From Lingula anatina (lineage: Eukaryota; Animalia; Brachiopoda): a DNA stretch of 64,000 nucleotides. The position numbers and the translations under genes are program-made. The stretch is from positions 23,312,001 through 23,376,000 of the forward strand of contig CM120646.1 in the NCBI GenBank assembly GCA_051362555.1, in the 5' to 3' direction. Of the stretch, positions 13,640 through 26,013 are shown piece after piece. The notes under the pieces were generated by a model. It was not told where the DNA came from and searched no databases. It was given only the letters and a program-made list of their open reading frames with translations. Numbering within the stretch: the first letter of the stretch is position 1; each line of letters starts with the position of its first letter.

Positions 13640-14245
13640 ACATAGACAAAGCTAACGGTCCTGATGGAATTCCGCCAAAACTATTGAAGGAATGCACCGC
13701 ATCATTAACTGACTCTTGTGCGTTCTTATTTAAGTGTAGTACGTTGACTGGTTAGCTGCCTAATATTTGGAAGTTGGCGAATGTCACGCCTGTGAACAAA
13801 AAGGGTAACAAGGTAAAGGTAGAAAACTACAGGCCGGTATCCTTGTTGTGTACTATTCCCAAGGAGAGCTTGATCCACACTTAACTGACAGAACTAATCC
13901 TACCTTAACTTAATGACACTCATCATGTTTTTTTTTGTTTTTTTTGTGCAAAGCGTTCAACTAGCACCCAACTAGTACAGGCATTACATTCAATAGGGAA
14001 AATTTAGATAGAGGTGAGCAGATTGATATCATTTATCTAGAATTTATCAAGGCGTTCGATGTCGTACCTCTTCTACTTTCGGTACATTAACTGCCTGGCT
14101 AAGAAGATATCTAACCGCAAAGACAGCAAAGAGTATGCTTAAGTAGTAAAATCTCATATACTAGTGATGTAACTTCTGGAGTTCCACAGACTAATCTTGG
14201 GGCCACTGATGTTTTAACCTTATGTCAATGACCTACTTGAGGTTG
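13640..14245 (+). mobile_element. Degenerate CR1/L2-type LINE RT fragment
   Basis: DKANGPDGIPPKLLKEC, WKLANVTPVNKKG, ENYRPVSLLC, KAFDVVP, VTSGVPQ, YVNDL motifs with stops and frameshifts. Confidence 0.85.
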
Positions 14246-14878
14246 TTGCCCGGTAACAACAATTATTATTATTTGACAGTTGTTTTAATTATGCTCTTTT
14301 TAGTTCTTGTATATAATTTTGTACTCAATAAAGTCATTTAAATCTAAATACTTCCGGCATCGATTATCAGCATAGGGATAAATGAAATGGTCCTTAAGAC
14401 GTGAGATACCTAGACATTTTGACACATTATTATACGTGTTATGAACGTGTTAAAAACGCCATAGCGAATCGTCCGTTTTATGACAAGTCTAAATAATTCA
14501 CTTTTCAACGATCATAAAATCGTTTGTTAGATGTGACATTAGTGCCAGATAAAAATATCAATTAAAGGGATTATTTACAGAAAAAACATGGATTTCAAAA
14601 GGTAACCCTAACAATCTGTTTGTCTGTCTGTTCGCCAGATTGCGTCAGTCTGTCTGTTTGTCTGACTGCATGCATGCACGACATTATGTTCGTGTAACCA
14701 GTTAACTCAAGCAGCAATTGTATCTTTGTTAACGTTCAAAGTCTGATAAAACATAATTGTTTCATATTTGCAAATCTATTTCATTTGTTAAGTGAAAAGT
14801 TTTTTTTCTATGACTAGTAAAACCCATACCCATATCTGCGCTTTATGTAACCCGTTGCAAAAAATGGCAGACATGGAA

Positions 14879-15835
14879 TTACCGTATTTTCCCGTAAAAA
14901 TCCGCCCCCTCTCCACTGTTGCCTATCACCCAGGCTAACTCCTTTATTATCATTTCACTTTTGCTTATAGCGCCGTCGCTGTTGGTATCTACCTCAGAGA
15001 AAAGAGCCGAGGAAAATGAGGCGCGGAATATTTTCAAAATGTTAGAATACTCTGTCTTGTTCAAATAGTCATTCTCATCTGCATCCACCATCTCAAAAAA
15101 CGTAAGCGCCCATTTGACCTCCGAGACCAAGTGTTGCATATCAACCATTTTCGCTCTGGTTTTAGCCTCGGTTAAAATAAAGTCATCTGCTGAAACACTT
15201 GTCAAGTTTTTGTCATTCATGAAGCTTTTCCACCCCGTGTCCCAGTCTTCTTGCAGGAAAGCTTTCATTTTCTCCTCCTTCTCGGCAGACTTCGTTATTG
15301 CTCCCACTCTTGCCGCCGTCATATTAACGTATTCGTTTTCATCCATCTTTCCATCTCCGTTCACATCCATGCGGTTAATTATTGCTGTCCATTTCTTTGC
15401 CCACACATCAAGTGACGGATTGTCATCGTTAGAAAGCTAAAATGATAATAAAAAACTTTTTGTCATGGTAACTTATTTGCTAAAATTAAATGTAGGTTTA
15501 TCTACTGGATTCACATCCCAGGAATAAACCAAAGCAAAATAAGTTTTTCCGTTTGTATACAAGCAAAAGTTGCATTGATATCATAATTACCCTGCCAAAT
15601 GCTATCAAGTTTTAAGACGGCTTTCATGACATTGACATTACCATATACCGGGCAACATGAACACCATTAATGTGATATATGTATGGGTACTCAAACTAGA
15701 CGTCTTTTTATATCACAGTCAAATACATGTAAGGTATGTGATAAACTATACCTTTTCACCTCGTATAGCCAGAGTGGAAACTCAATCACTCATCAACGTG
15801 GCAGAAAAACATACTGTCACTAGACTGAAGAGCAT
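14879..15835 (-). pseudogene. EF3a: EF-hand gene with a nonsense codon in the signal-peptide exon
   Basis: Exons 15835-15752 and 15436-14879. Codon 18 is TGA (15784-15782) where the duplicate EF3b has GGA. The second exon is intact and encodes the same protein as in EF3b. Confidence 0.85.
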
Positions 15836-18570
15836 GATGAGTGGGTGTTGTTCTCCTGAAAGCGTTATCTGAAAGAGCCTGGAATAGTAATAACATTTAA
15901 AGTTACATATGAAGTCAAAATTTGCAATTTAACCAGGCCAAACACCATCATATAATTTTAATAGCACAGCTAGAAATACTTCAGGGGTATTTACAGGCAT
16001 CATTATGGCAACGGGCGCTCTCAGAATTCCTGTGTTTTGTTGCAAAAACATAATGGTCTGAGATCGTAACAACCATCTTTGGATTCTTACAATAAGCTAT
16101 GGAGCCACCCAGGATATTGAAAGTGCTCATTCCAGAGCATAATCAACCTTCTAATAATCTGTACCAACCCCGCGAAGCTCAATTGTCTAAAAGAATATCC
16201 CTCTGAACAGATTTGTAATCCTTGCTGAATGTATGACTTGCGTTATCTCAACTTCCGAACATTTGCTTCCTCATTGGAATCCAAAGTGGAACATCATGGT
16301 TTAAGGGTGCTTGTGTAATGTTGGTAATTGACAGCCACGAGTGAATGAGGAGCGGGGAGTGTTTTGTAGATTGCATGAGGTAAAGATAGATATGGAAAGA
16401 GAGCGGCCCGGGAACCAACTAGAAAGAAGTTAGTAAATAACATTAAAAATTATAACGGTTCTGTACTTACTACCTCACGTAACAGCAAAAGATAAACAAC
16501 AGCCTCGTCACGCTTCTTCTAAATTTTTATTATTATTAATTAATTTATTTTTTGAATGGACATTTTCGCCAGTTTTTTGCTTTTTGGGCCACATGACATG
16601 TTAAATATGGTCTATAGGATTAAAATTTAAAAAAGAAGTTTGTTAAACGGTTTCAAGCTGTTGTGTAATCATTTGTTAACAAAAACATGGAATTGAAGCT
16701 CTGAGAACTATCTTCATCACGTTAACGTTTCACTGCCCTTCTGCTGTTATATTTTACATGATGTCTTCGACCAGGCAAGCACAAAATGTACCCAAATTTT
16801 GATGCAGAAAAAGGAAACCTGGGAATCCATGTTATTCAATAATTCGATATTATTGTTTCGCACATCTCTTCCAGACGTTTTGTTGATAAGTGATAAATAA
16901 ATAAAATAAACATCAGTGCGATTTTTACAGGCAGCTCTACCATAATCAAACGTCTAACCTGTATGTATGGTGGGATTGAACAGACACTATTAGCAGAAGT
17001 GTGCCCTATTCCATCAAAACAACAAATGCTTACCCGCATTGTATAAGTTAAACAGGTGTGGTAAACAAAACACCTTTTTGTGCCATCGACATGGAAACTA
17101 AAGGGAAAAATTAGATTTCAAAATATTCATTCATTCAATCATCTTTACATCATCTTAACTAGTATGTGGGCCTTATTTATGTGGCTGAGTGTCTGGCCTA
17201 GTTTTCAATATACCCTGTACGTAGTTTAATTTACCTATACTATGTATGCATTATACCTACACTTCACCTATGTTTACCCCGGTCCATTGAGTCATTTTTA
17301 AGAAACTAGTCTTTAAAATATCCAGACGTATTTCTTTTATATAGATCAACTGCACCATATGTATTGAAAAAGAAAAAAAAACTACATGGTCGTTATTACA
17401 GTTTGTTTTGCAATAAAATACATTTTGCAATCATTAATGGTAATAATTAAGGTTTTCATTTGGGGTGAAATACAATGAGTAGAATTGTTTGGCCGCCAGT
17501 TTTAGCAGGGTCAGACCTGGGCACAAAATGAGTATATCATAATAAATATCAGTGTAGCATCATGTCACACCTCCGAATCCCTTCATAAAATGACCAGCGA
17601 ATCTCATCTTTTCCCTAACCAGGCTGTCTACCCATGTTTTGGTCGCTCCCATTCTTCAGTTATACTCATTTAAATAGCGGTAATTGAGTAGTACGTGTAT
17701 GCGCACCTAACTTGTGTCCTCCTATTATTCTTAAGCTGAATATTAGAATATATAATAAGAATATACGTCAATATTTCAGTATTAAAAATCACCGTACTGA
17801 GTACTTTAAAGAGACACAATTATGTGAAGATTCAATTGTGTATCCTAGACGTCCGATTTCGAAGTTTTCAACACGGACGCATCATTTTCTTACTGATAAC
17901 TGTGCTAGTAGGCCCTGTATATCAAATAAACACAAAAATTATGTATATTATCGTATTGAACTAATACATAATCTATAGACGCTAATGAAGCTAGAAAATG
18001 TTTCGGTTTACCCTCACAATGCGTCCTTGTACGTTCTTCCCAGACCGTTAATCACCGCAAGATTATATGAAACGTTAGGCAATAATTTTAACGCCGTGAA
18101 GTTGTTACCGTCGCATGAGGGTCATTAGCATAATAAAGTAGACGTTAGATTTGAGCAAAAACTGAATATAAGTCTATGTTTATACAGCATATAGTCATTG
18201 TACAAAAGTGAAAGTCTTCCGTATACCACACAGTGACACCGACACTACTTATTCATATCATTTCCAGGTAAATGTAAGCTATTTTAGCTGCTTAAAGCTG
18301 TTTGCAAGTTGGTCGTACTTTTTAAAATGATACTTACAGCAGCAGGGAAGGTAATGTTATGGTATCAAATGAATATGAAATATCAAATATTACATATTCC
18401 ACAAAATTGCTATTTGTGTTAAAATTCCACTTAGCTTAGCAGCAAATTAGGTTTAATGTGTTTATTGGGCTGATTTTTTTAACACATAAAGTGTAAATAT
18501 CTTTCTTTTAACTCTTGATCACTTGTACACACTGAAATAGTCTGTTAATTAAGACCATGCGGTAGGCACG

Positions 18571-19490
18571 TTATTGCAATGTTTTCCCATAGAAATCCGC
18601 CCCCTCCATACTGTTGTCCATTATAAAAGTCAACTGCTTTACAACCATTTCACTTTTACTTAAAGCACCGTCATTGTTGGTGTCTAATTCAGAGAAAATA
18701 TCCGGCGAATACGGAGTGCGAAAAATCTTGAGAAAATCTGCGTGTTCTTTTTTGTTGAGGAAGCCATTCCCATCTGCATCCACCAACTCAAAGAAGGTAA
18801 GCGCCCATTTCATTTCCACGTCTAGGTTGTTCATGTCAACCATTTTCTTTCTGGTTTTGCCTTCGGTTAGGATAAAGTCGTCCGCAGAAATGCTTCCTAG
18901 GTTAACATCATTCATTAAACTTTTCCACCATTTGTCCCATGCATCCTGCAAATAAGCTTTAATTTTTTCCTCTTTCTCGATGGAACTCGTTATTGCTCCT
19001 ACTCTCGCTGCCGTCTCATTAACATATTCGTATTCATCCATCTTTCCATTTCTATCTACGTCCATATGGTCAATGAATGTTGCCCATTTGATTGCCCAAA
19101 TATCACGTGACGCATCGATATCGTCAGATACCTATAGAGGGACCAAAGTGCCATATATAATTTTCTAAAATGAAGTCACTTCTGATAATACTGATTACAT
19201 GGTGAAAAATAACATCATTTTAAAACGTCTCAATTGCATGAAATCATTCAAATTTTTCATCAGTCTAAATTTCTAAATAAATTGACATTGCATGTTTTGA
19301 TGTATTTTAAATTCTATGTCAAATTCTGCCACACTTGAAATCCTTCTTAAATAACAAAGTAGAAAACTTAAAAGGTCACAATGTCGGTAAAGCTTCATAC
19401 CTTTTTATCCCGTATAACCAGTGTGGAACTATAGTCACTCATCATCGTGGTAGCAAGACATATTGTCAATAGATCTAAACTGAAAAACAT
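18571..19490 (-). CDS. Secreted SCP/aequorin-fold EF-hand protein EF4a (216 aa)
   Basis: Exons 19490-19401 (MFFSLDLLTICLATTMMSDYSSTLVIRDKK) and 19131-18571. Canonical GT-AG, phase 0. EF loops DVDRNGKMDEYE, DADGNGFLNKKE, DTNNDGALSKSE. Confidence 0.92.
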
Positions 19491-20184
19491 ACTGATTGAT
19501 GTGGTTCTTTAACGGCTGTAATCTTCTCGGAGCTAAAAGATAATACTTATGGTTTAAAGACAAAACGCATTTTCCAGTCGTAAAATAGATCAATGTCATT
19601 ATTTTACTTCATGAAAACCAACGCATCATTAAAAGAATTAAGGCAATTCGCTCAGGTTTTAATGCTTCTCTAATAATAATCTTAAAATGAAGACCAATTA
19701 TAAGCTTCAGCGATTAAAAAAGCATACGTAAATCATACCCCCTTATATTACACCTAATCTAAAGCAGTTAAATGACCAGAATATATATAACTCACCGTAC
19801 GGCTCCAGCTCTTGCTTCGTATTCTTCCAACAACGGTGATCTACACAGAAATAAATGAAATTCAATCTTTTTTTGTCATGTAAGTGTTTCCATGTCATGA
19901 GGGTACTCTTAATTACCATAATAATGAGAATATACCCGCACAGATGTTGTTTACAGAAATTAACAAGCAGTACAACTTACTGTACATAGCCTTATGTTTT
20001 CCCGTATTGCAAGACAAGGTATTGCAAAACAGGTGTTGCAAACAATAAAAACATTCCCGTCAATGTTAGAATTAACAAGGAGTTTTAAAATAAAATTAGT
20101 ATTGAAAAATATTACTTATATATTTATAATGTTATCAACAACAATATAAGCGGCTGTTTCTTCAGTATCCTACGTTTACTAATG

Positions 20185-20232
<48 letters not shown>

Positions 20233-20968
20233 AGCGAAATTTTATCCTGTAATAAAAGTATTTGGTCAACCGCAGTGTTACCAGTGACAGAGAGTCTCCC
20301 ATGATAGAGAGTCCGCTTCCCATTCATCTGCACAGTTAAGTCTCGCACAAGATATTGACCCACTTAGTTCAGGCTTACACTTACCATTATAACTAAATTG
20401 GGGGGAGGGGGTGTGTGTGTGACACGGACCCTCAGTTTAGTTACAACGACACTTTCAAATCAACTAGAGTTGGGTATATATAATTTTTATGTCTCCTCCA
20501 TCCCAGTGTACGACAAACTTTCATAGTCCCATTCATAACAAGAAGGCATCAAATAATATAGATCGTTCGAGAATTGGCCAAACAAGGCCGCTTTTATTAA
20601 ATAACCCGACTATCCTATTTTAACAAAACTCCTCATTCTAAAAAATAAATATGTTTTATATTTTAGCAGAAGTTGTCTACAAACAATTTTGCACAAATTT
20701 CGTTAGTGGGGTTACAAAGAGAAGCTTGCATAGCTCAAACGAGCCGATACATTATTTCTTGGTAACAACGATACACGTACGAGGAAGCAAAACACCACTG
20801 TCTAGGAAAAGGTGACTTTCAATTTAAGTTACCAAAAGGAGGTTGGGCGCCCAAGCGGAGAATACGTTGAGTTCATTTTGATGGGAAATCGGACCCCCCC
20901 CCCCTTTAAATAATCCTGGATCCATCCCTGCTTAATGTCCATCAAGTCAAGACCAAATGAAATGCCGG

Positions 20969-21649
20969 TGTCAAGCAACACAGAGTCCTACCATTCTAGG
21001 GTCCGGCGGACCCGGTGTTTTAAAACTGAGAGTCCGGCGGACTCCCTGTCTCGAAATAACGGGTCCCGGACTCTATGTTCTGAAATGTAGAGTCCCCCTA
21101 GACACTCTATTTCAGTACGGAAAGTCCTAGGACCCTACGTTTTAATACTGAAAGTCCGCATTGAAGAGCAATAATGAAATCTCACACTTAAAACTTGCAA
21201 TTTAAAAATGAAATTGAACATGATGTTAACTGATATGGAGGGAAAAATTATAAGAATTAAAGGTAAAAAAAACATCATTAAACTCTGTTAAAGTGTAACG
21301 CGTAGTATAAATGTGCATTGTTCGCATTTCATAAACTTTAATTTGCAGGATTATCTTTTGTATGCAATTGAGAAAGAACATCACTCAAGAAATATAAATT
21401 TATTCAGAATACATAAGTGCCTTTGGTGAACATCCTGATTTTACAAAAAAGTTTAATTTATTAATCAGTATAGTAATTGTTTTTTCTCCTCATTGTCCGT
21501 TGTCACCCGCATTTCCATCATAATGCAAACTTGATAAAACATCTGTGCCAGTGCTTCGTCTAAAATGAGAAAAATATAATCCATACTTTCACATTATAAA
21601 TATATTTTTAAGTACATGTAGATATCAAATCCTTTCTTGTTGATACAAT

Positions 21650-21685
<36 letters not shown>

Positions 21686-24064
21686 TGACACAATACATCA
21701 AGAAAACATGACAATACAAATACAAACAAACAGACACTCGCTCACACACTCACACATAAGAGATGTTATACTATATAACACTTTTTAGTTAATTACATCG
21801 TCGTACGCTAAATCTTCAAATTGAAAATAACTTACTTATATTTGAATTGTACTGACAGATTGACTTATCTGTTTTCACCAGATATCTAAGCGATGAAATC
21901 AAACCTCCTAATGTTGGTTTACCCTGTGAACATCTTCTTAAATAAATATAAAATTTAAATTGCAACATAATGAGATTAATAATTGGAGAGAGGCTCGTAG
22001 AGCCGACTAAGCAATTCCTTTTTGAGACAGGTAAAGTAACTTGAGTATTAGATAATATATATTCTACCAAGTCGGTCAATAATTTTTGGGTAACCGCACA
22101 ATTCCAGAATAAATGCTCTGTTGTTTCTTCAGCTCCTTTGCAAAGGGAACATATGCTGCTGTCGACCATTTTATATTTGAAAAGCAGTGAATTTGTGGTA
22201 AGGATATTATGATTAATTCGAAATTGGAACCAGTGAAGCTTTGAATCTTTTGTTATTGTGAAAGGAAGTTCGAAAATCTTCGGGCATTCATTTTCCTCCA
22301 AATTTAACAACTCTTTCCATTTATTCATACCTTTTGACATCTCAAGAACACCTACTTTACTTAAAGTTTTATAATAAATCTTTGAGCCTTTTGAACAACC
22401 TGACAGCAACAATATATGATCAGGAATTAAAGGAGTGGCAATTTTACTTAATTTTTCAGGAATACCACCAAGCCATTCTTTTATGGCTGAGATAATTCCA
22501 TGGTATTCGACAAAATTTGTGTCGATACCGTGGATATCCCTGAACTCAGTGAAGTCATAGAACTCTCCAGAGTCCAGGAGTAAATCATTAACAAATCTAA
22601 TGTTTTTGTCGTACCACGATGTATAGAAGACAGGTTTATTTCCAATAAGTATATTTTCATTTAGAAAGAGTGGAATGTCACCAAAATCCTTGATTTTATT
22701 GGCCATTATTGTACCACAAAATACTTTCCAGGCTGCTAAGGCATCAATCCAGAATCTATTTTTTATGTTTTTCAAGATTTTTGAGATATATTCTGTACCA
22801 CATGTGATTAGTTTTTCAGTGTCTACATATTTAGATATAATATTTTTCCATTCTTTATTTTCGAACATAAGTCTTCTTACCCACGGAATTTTTAACGATT
22901 TTATAAAATGCCTCACGCTTACCATCCTCAAGCCCCCAGCTTTATAATCTCTTATAATGATATTTCTTTTAATTTCTTTTCTTTCAATCTTGCTTTATTG
23001 TTGTCCATATAATACACAATGGAAAAAACTTAAATTAAGATTTCTAATGTTATTGAGAAACATGGAATACATTCCTTATGGGCTGATTCCATTTTAATTT
23101 AGGGTATGCAACTTAAATTAAAACTTTATATAAATTGTTAAACAAAATTAAATGAGTACATTTTCAATTACACTACATAAGCATGTATGTTTAATAACTA
23201 ATTAATGTCGTCAGTTTCCAGAAAATACATATTTTGCACAACTTGGCATTGATGCACTGTATAACGCTAGCTGTCACACATTTATGAGTGGTAGTCATTG
23301 TAGCCTAAGTTACGCGTATAGTCTAGAGAAAAGAAACGTTTTGCACAGTTTAGCATCGATTCATTGTGTACCACTTGCTTACACACATGTACGAGTGGTA
23401 TTCAAATAAGTCACGTGTATATATATAGTCTTAATTAAGCATCACAATGCAATGGGATATGTGTGAAATATATTTTAAGTAAGTCCAATTAAAAAAAGGT
23501 ATGAAATGTAATAAAAAGTGAGTATGAAACACAATAAATGGACAGTAATTTGAATATTTAACTATAAATTAAAAAAAAAAAACAGGATTGAAAATAGAGG
23601 CGTCATAAAGTCAACTCCAGTGTGGGACTCGAACCAACATATTGTTAAATTACTACATACTTCCCTGTCATTGGATAACATAGTAGGATCATCACCAGTG
23701 TCGATGTCCACTACACCACTAGGTCGTTGTGCAAACCATCGCCGTTTTGTTATATTATATTTACTTGCATCAAGGGTTTGCTTTATTATAAATCTACTAT
23801 ACCCAGATTGTCAATATAAAGCGCTTTTACTAAATATCTACTGTTCTACAGTAGGACCCTAGCTTTTAGACCCAGTTCTTCTGTATGACGGGCGGACTCT
23901 GTGTTTCGTGATAGCTGTCATGAAACGTAGGGTCCGGTTAAATGCAGGGTCCGGGGGACCCTGTATATTATATCCAATTACCATGATACCATCCTACGGA
24001 CCCCTGGTTTCTGAAATAACGGGTCCCGGACTTTCTGTCATGGGGGACCTTCTGGTACATGACA
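20969..24064. mobile_element. Non-autonomous Ginger1-like DNA transposon
   Basis: TGTCA...TGACA termini, CCGG duplicated at 20965-20968 and 24065-24068, GGGTCC/GGACCC subterminal repeats at both ends. Empty site with a single CCGG at 42945-42948. Confidence 0.8.
21658..22984 (-). mobile_element. 5'-truncated L1/Tx1-clade LINE nested in the Ginger-like element
   Basis: Open ORF2 C-terminus 22931-21816 (KAGGLRM; WFQFRINHNIL; CSLC...ETTEHLFWNC zinc knuckle), poly(A) tail (T-run to ~21683 on +), TSD CAATCTTGCTTT at 21646-21657 and 22985-22996. Confidence 0.9.
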
Positions 24065-24288
24065 CCGGCGGTAATGCAGGACTGGCAATTTTTTTTTTGT
24101 GAAAATAAAGGGCATAAAAATACATCACATGTAAAGACAGATCGATGGAAATTAATTACTTAGTTTGGACCAGAATTGGGAGGACCAGCACATTCTCTGT
24201 AGTGAGGGTCCTAGCATTTTCAGTATTTCCAAAGTTTCCCCAATGTCTGTTTTTATTAAAAATCGTAAAATGATTTAAGCTGAGTTAA

Positions 24289-24588
24289 AGGGATAATAAC
24301 TCTTCGTATGAGATCTATATTTCACAATAAAAACATTGTGAATAACTCATAGAAATATAATATATTCTGTATTACCACAAAATGGCAGTTATAGCTATTA
24401 TTCTGATATTTGAGCTTGTCTTTAGACCAGCTCAGAGATTAAAAAGAAAAAACAATATTTTTTAGAAAAAAACCAGGGACTTACTTTGAATGTAAAAATG
24501 GATTCATCAACCATTGGTAAATATGGGAAAATTGTTGTTTACTCCAGAAGAATTTATTTTTTGGCCGAAACGAAGAATTATTATCCCT
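24289..24588. mobile_element. TTAA-specific MITE (Kolobok-like)
   Basis: AGGGATAATAACTCTTCG / CGAAGAATTATTATCCCT inverted termini, TTAA on both sides. Empty homologous site GAGTTAACTT near 1060. Confidence 0.8.
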
Positions 24589-24718
24589 TTAACTTAGAAA
24601 AATTTATTTGATATTTGCAGTAAAACAAAAGACGCATATTGTGCTCTGCTTACACCCGTTCTTTATTATTATTTAATTAGGGACATCGTCACCTGGGTAG
24701 TATTAAGGTAACATGGCA

Positions 24719-25291
24719 TTATAAGATTTTACCGTATAAATCTACGCTTTTGAAATTGTTACCTTTCACCCAGTACAAATTATTTGAAATCATTTCAATT
24801 TTGCTTAAAGCACCGTTGCCGTCGGTATCAATTTCAGAAAAAATATTCGAATAAAATGGAGCACGGAAAATCTTGAGAAAATTGGCAAACTCCGTCTTGT
24901 TCAGAGAGTTATTTTCATCTGCATCTACCGCCTCAAAGAACGTGAGAATCCATTTGACTGCAATAACCATGTGATCATTATCTTCCATTTTCTTTCTTGT
25001 TTCAGTCTCGGTTGAGATAAAGTCGTCTACTGAAATGCTTTCTAAATTTGTGTCGTTCATAAAGCTCCCCCACCACTCAACCCATATGTACTGCAAGAAC
25101 GCTTTGATTTTTTCCTCCTTTTCAGCAGACTTTGTTATTGCTCCTACTCTCGCTGCCGTCATATTCACAACTTCGTTTTTCTCCATCTTTCCATCACCGT
25201 TTACGTCTAAACGTTCAATGTGTGCTCTCCATTTGACTGCCCATATGTCACGTGGCCTACCGACATCGCCAGCCACCTAAACAAGACAAAA

Positions 25292-25372
<81 letters not shown>

Positions 25373-26013
25373 TTTTTTTTAAATCAGCTAACTGTTCATC
25401 ATATGGTTTGTGATTGGTTTACCAGATTAAATAACATATTGAACTAGTCTATACACATCAAGCACCTTTTGCATTGCGTGGAGAGATATTCCACTCTAAT
25501 ATATTATATTTTCAAAAACGTTTGTAATAACTGTTTAGATGCATTTTTTTGCATGCCATAATGCAGGGGCGGATCCAGGATTATTTGAAGGCGGGGTCCT
25601 GAACACCAATCATCGGATGCGAAGCCGACCATCGCCCACTTGGCGTGTGTTCGGGCCTGCCCCGAAAAAGTTTTTTTTTGTGTGTGTTTTGGAGGGCAAA
25701 CGGTGATCATTTAGTACGGTTTAGAACTATGATTCAGCTGGTTAAAATTCTGATTTCAAAAGGGAATATAGGTGTGATATAATTTCAGATACCGAGGGGT
25801 GGGTCAGGACCCCTCCTGACCCCCCCCCTCTAAATTTGTCACTGTAATGTGTGCATGTACCACAAATGCACATATCAGCTTTATCAAACAAACGCAATCC
25901 CTATAAAGCCGCTGTAATTCGCTGTATACCTTATTATCCCGTATAACCAGTGTGGAAGCACTGTCACTCATCAGCATGACAGTCAGTCCGGTTGTCAATA
26001 GAATGAAGAACAT
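24719..26013 (-). CDS. Secreted SCP/aequorin-fold EF-hand protein EF5a (213 aa)
   Basis: Exons 26013-25930 (MFFILLTTGLTVMLMSDSASTLVIRDNK) and 25276-24719, no stops. Closest paralog of EF1. N-glycosylation sequons NMT, NDT, NNS, NKT. Confidence 0.92.
25294..25370. repeat. (TA)n microsatellite next to the EF5a acceptor; others at ~7257, ~44183, ~49407 (TA), ~20187, ~42168, ~51133, ~51616 (TTA), ~58987 (TAAT), ~48525 and ~56187 (CT)
   Basis: Directly visible simple repeats. Confidence 0.95.
25564..25844. mobile_element. CAGGGGCGGATCCAGG-type MITE in the EF5a intron
   Basis: CAG...CTG termini with TAATG on both flanks; absent from the homologous EF1 intron (~1985). Related pieces near 11645-11790 and 48428-48525. 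Confidence 0.6.

Noticed and set aside
20985-21160. CRISPR-like array from GAGTCC/GGACCC repeats
   Set aside because: Degenerate, irregular, mirrored at the other element end, eukaryotic context and no cas genes.
20969-24064. LTR retrotransposon or solo LTR (TG...CA ends)
   Set aside because: The ends are inverted with subterminal repeats, there are no direct LTRs or gag/pol, and the internal ORF is a separate LINE with its own TSD and poly(A).
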